From the IMG/VR virus record IMGVR_UViG_3300008952_000003, positions 129,158 to 193,157 of that record: a stretch of 64,000 nucleotides of DNA, one strand, 5' to 3'. This stretch comes from a virus. A program made the position numbers and the translations under genes. Position 1 is the first letter of the stretch. Each line of letters begins with the position of its first letter. The notes under the pieces are model-generated. The model did no database searches. It saw only the letters and a list, made by a program, of their open reading frames with translations, and was not told the origin of the DNA. Positions 61,640-64,000 of this stretch are shown one piece after another.

Positions 61640-62529
61640 TTAAAAAAGGTGATAAAGGTACTCAAGTTGCGCATTGTCAGCGACTTTTAAACGAAAAAGG
61701 CTATGAAACAGCCGTTGATGCCGACTTCGGGCCATCAACGGATATTAAGGTTAGGGAATTTCAGAGGGATAATGGGCTTCAAGATGATGGCATCGTAGGT
61801 CAAAAAACGTGGGAACCGCTGCTTAAACTCCCCAATTTTTGTAGTGACACCCCGAAATACATCGTTCACAATGGAAAAAAGCACCCAATTAGGTGGGATC
61901 GCGTTGTTTTATGGGACGAACCGGGCGGTTTAGTATCAAAACCGGGTAGATATTACGATTATTCGAGTAAAAGTGAGAGAAAACCTAATATGTTTGTCAA
62001 TCACTGGGACGTTTGCTTGTCTGCTGAGTCTTGCGCGGACGTTTTGAACGATCGAGGAGTGTCAGTTCACTTCTGTTTAGACGCGGATGGCACCATTTAT
62101 CAGATTTTAGACACCCAACATGGCGCGTGGCACGCAGGGTTGAAGAAAGTAAATCAAAATAGCATCGGTGTTGAGATAAATAATGCATATTATCTCAAAT
62201 ATCAGAAAGATTCCGTTAAAAGAGGTCTCGGAGAGAGACCGTTGCAGGAAAACGGTATCGTCCATGGCCGAACTTTGAGCAAATTTACTTGGTTTTACGA
62301 CGCACAGATCCAAGCCTTGAAGGCACTTTGGGTCGCCATCAGCGAAGCACACGATATTCCGATGGTTTTTCCGCAAAACGAAGACGGTTCTCCGTGTACA
62401 ACGGTTCATAATGATTGTAAATCCGGAACTTTTGAGGGATTTTGTAACCACTTCAACATGACGGAAAGGAAAATTGATTGTGCTGGTCTTGATTTGGAAG
62501 TTCTGCTAAAAGAAGCGAAGCCTTTCTAA
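61636..62529 (+). CDS. endolysin: PG-binding domain plus N-acetylmuramoyl-L-alanine amidase (Amidase_2)
   Basis: V..FQRDNGL.DDGIVG..TW; VNHWD, SVHF, WHAG, SIGVEI, C-terminal H...D. Confidence 0.88.
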   Translation: MIKKGDKGTQVAHCQRLLNEKGYETAVDADFGPSTDIKVREFQRDNGLQDDGIVGQKTWEPLLKLPNFCSDTPKYIVHNGKKHPIRWDRVVLWDEPGGLVSKPGRYYDYSSKSERKPNMFVNHWDVCLSAESCADVLNDRGVSVHFCLDADGTIYQILDTQHGAWHAGLKKVNQNSIGVEINNAYYLKYQKDSVKRGLGERPLQENGIVHGRTLSKFTWFYDAQIQALKALWVAISEAHDIPMVFPQNEDGSPCTTVHNDCKSGTFEGFCNHFNMTERKIDCAGLDLEVLLKEAKPF

Positions 62530-62538
62530 GTCAAAAGA

Positions 62539-62546
62539 ACTATTTA
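62539..62546 (+). promoter_or_regulatory. putative late promoter
   Basis: ACTATTTA upstream of 62564. Confidence 0.6.
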
Positions 62547-62563
62547 TTAGAAAGGATTTAAGA

Positions 62564-62920
62564 ATGCCCACGAAAAAATCGATAAAACTGTCCCATGATG
62601 ATATCAGAGGTATCATAGACAGGCAAGCAGCGGAAGCAAGAGAGGCCGCAATTGAGCAAAAAAGAGTCAATCTCGGGAAAGATCCCAAAAAAGCACAACA
62701 AATTAGCAGAAAACCCATTGCGGTTTTGAAAAAGACTTTTGAAACAGAAAAACAAATTGTTAGAGACAGAAGAAGAAAAGGAGTTACTATGATTAGTATT
62801 GTCAAAGAAACGTTGGAACTCACGAAAGAGTTCGCAACACTAAAATCTCCAGTTGAAGTTTATATCTTCGTTGCTGGAGTTTGGCTAACTGGTGTAGGCA
62901 TCGGCGCGATTTTAGGCTAG
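62564..62920 (+). CDS. hypothetical protein with C-terminal TM helix
   Basis: charged N-terminus, hydrophobic tail. Confidence 0.6.
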   Translation: MPTKKSIKLSHDDIRGIIDRQAAEAREAAIEQKRVNLGKDPKKAQQISRKPIAVLKKTFETEKQIVRDRRRKGVTMISIVKETLELTKEFATLKSPVEVYIFVAGVWLTGVGIGAILG

Positions 62921-62929
62921 GTAGTCTAG

Positions 62930-63841
62930 ATGGCAAAGATTCCATACAACATCTGTGATGAATCTCTTCTGGAGAAAGAGGCTAAAAGTGCTCGTCTTCT
63001 GGAGGGGATTTATCACAGAGGTCAAATAAAGATCTGGGATGGCAATAAGATCCTCGATGATCTCATAGGTAAACACGGAGTTATAGAGATCAAGGACGAG
63101 GACGCAGTCGCCTTAAGGAATATATTCTCGATTATCCTCTGGGGTGAATTGGTTGCCTGGAAGGTTTCTCTCCAACTCGGTGCAGAAATCGATGACTTCT
63201 CTGCAAAGTTGGCCGCAACTTCACAGGCACATGATGAAGCAAGACACTTTTATGTAATGAAAGATTATCTTGATTTGCTTGGTTATGAACCGGCCCCCTT
63301 AACGCCTTCTGTCGCTCGTGTTCTCAATGAGGTTTTACAAACAAAGAACTTAGCAAAAAAGCTCCTTGGCATGCAGCTAATGATAGAGCCGATTGCTTTA
63401 ACAATTTTTAGATTTACGAGACAATTAAATATAGAACCCATTCTAACAGATCTTCTTTCTTATTATGAAATAGATGAAGCAAGACACGTTGCTCTGGGAA
63501 TCCAGTACCTTCCGAGGCTGATGAAAAGGATGAACAAGTTTCAATTAGCATCTCTTATCATGTGGCAAGCTAAAATAATAAATGCTGAAATGATTGGTCT
63601 AAAGGAAATAGAAGGGGACATTATCTCCCTTGGGCTAAATCCATTAGAAGTTTTCGAATACGCTGAAAAGAAACAGATGGAGTGTCTCGAACTGGCTCTT
63701 TCGGAGTTGGGGATAAAGGACGCATTGTGGCCTCCGTTGCGGAAGGTCGTTCAATTTAGAAAAAATCTTACGTTTTATCCGAATAAGAGCCATGGCTCTA
63801 TAAAAAAGATTATAAATTCTTTTCTAAATCTTTTCCACTAA
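62930..63841 (+). CDS. ferritin-like diiron-carboxylate domain protein
   Basis: WGE...DEARH...IE...DEARH duplicated ExxH motifs. Confidence 0.85.
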   Translation: MAKIPYNICDESLLEKEAKSARLLEGIYHRGQIKIWDGNKILDDLIGKHGVIEIKDEDAVALRNIFSIILWGELVAWKVSLQLGAEIDDFSAKLAATSQAHDEARHFYVMKDYLDLLGYEPAPLTPSVARVLNEVLQTKNLAKKLLGMQLMIEPIALTIFRFTRQLNIEPILTDLLSYYEIDEARHVALGIQYLPRLMKRMNKFQLASLIMWQAKIINAEMIGLKEIEGDIISLGLNPLEVFEYAEKKQMECLELALSELGIKDALWPPLRKVVQFRKNLTFYPNKSHGSIKKIINSFLNLFH

Positions 63842-63941
63842 ATTTTATTCGTCATCACAATCGCAATTTGTTTTCTCGATAGCACTTATTGATTTAGAAA
63901 CTATTTGATTTGTATTGTATTGTACAAAAGAAAATAAACCA

Positions 63942-64000
63942 ATGGCTAATATTAGTGAAGTGATTATTAATAAAAATTTGTTTGGCGCCTTCATTTCTCT
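63942..64000 (+). CDS. start of a protein (partial)
   Basis: ATG after ACTATTTG (63900), open to window end. Confidence 0.45.
   Translation, partial: MANISEVIINKNLFGAFIS

Noticed and set aside
1-64000. Alternative genetic code (stop-codon reassignment)
   Set aside because: Conserved enzymes are full length under code 11 and end at TAA, TAG and TGA with tight gene packing

Overview
64 kb of a large lytic dsDNA bacteriophage (jumbo/T4-like lifestyle), densely coded, standard genetic code, essentially all real genes on the + strand. 1-36 kb: replication and metabolism (5'-3' exonuclease, DnaB-like helicase, class II RNR, family C Pol DnaE, PurA, IMPDH/GMPR, dUTPase), proteostasis genes (J-domain, GroES, GroEL, ClpP-like), an EcoRI/MunI-like nuclease beside a Dam-family MTase, and envelope lipoproteins (Ig-like/vWA, trypsin-like). 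36-52 kb: early/accessory region cut into cassettes by nine copies of a fixed 57-bp promoter module (11-bp-period TTGACA boxes upstream of a -35/-10). It holds tRNA-Ile(UAU), a putative structured ncRNA, a MoxR-type AAA+/vWA-peptidase pair and about 21 small SH3/KOW-like ORFs, and ends in a box-rich non-coding zone with a G6-TA-C7 palindrome. 52-64 kb: sigma-factor-like gene, probable virion/internal proteins behind a CTA(T/A/G)TTA late-type motif, a tmRNA whose 3' end is duplicated around an HNH endonuclease gene, a double-glycine-leader peptide, an amidase endolysin region and a ferritin-like protein. All family calls come from reading motifs by eye; no database searches were run.
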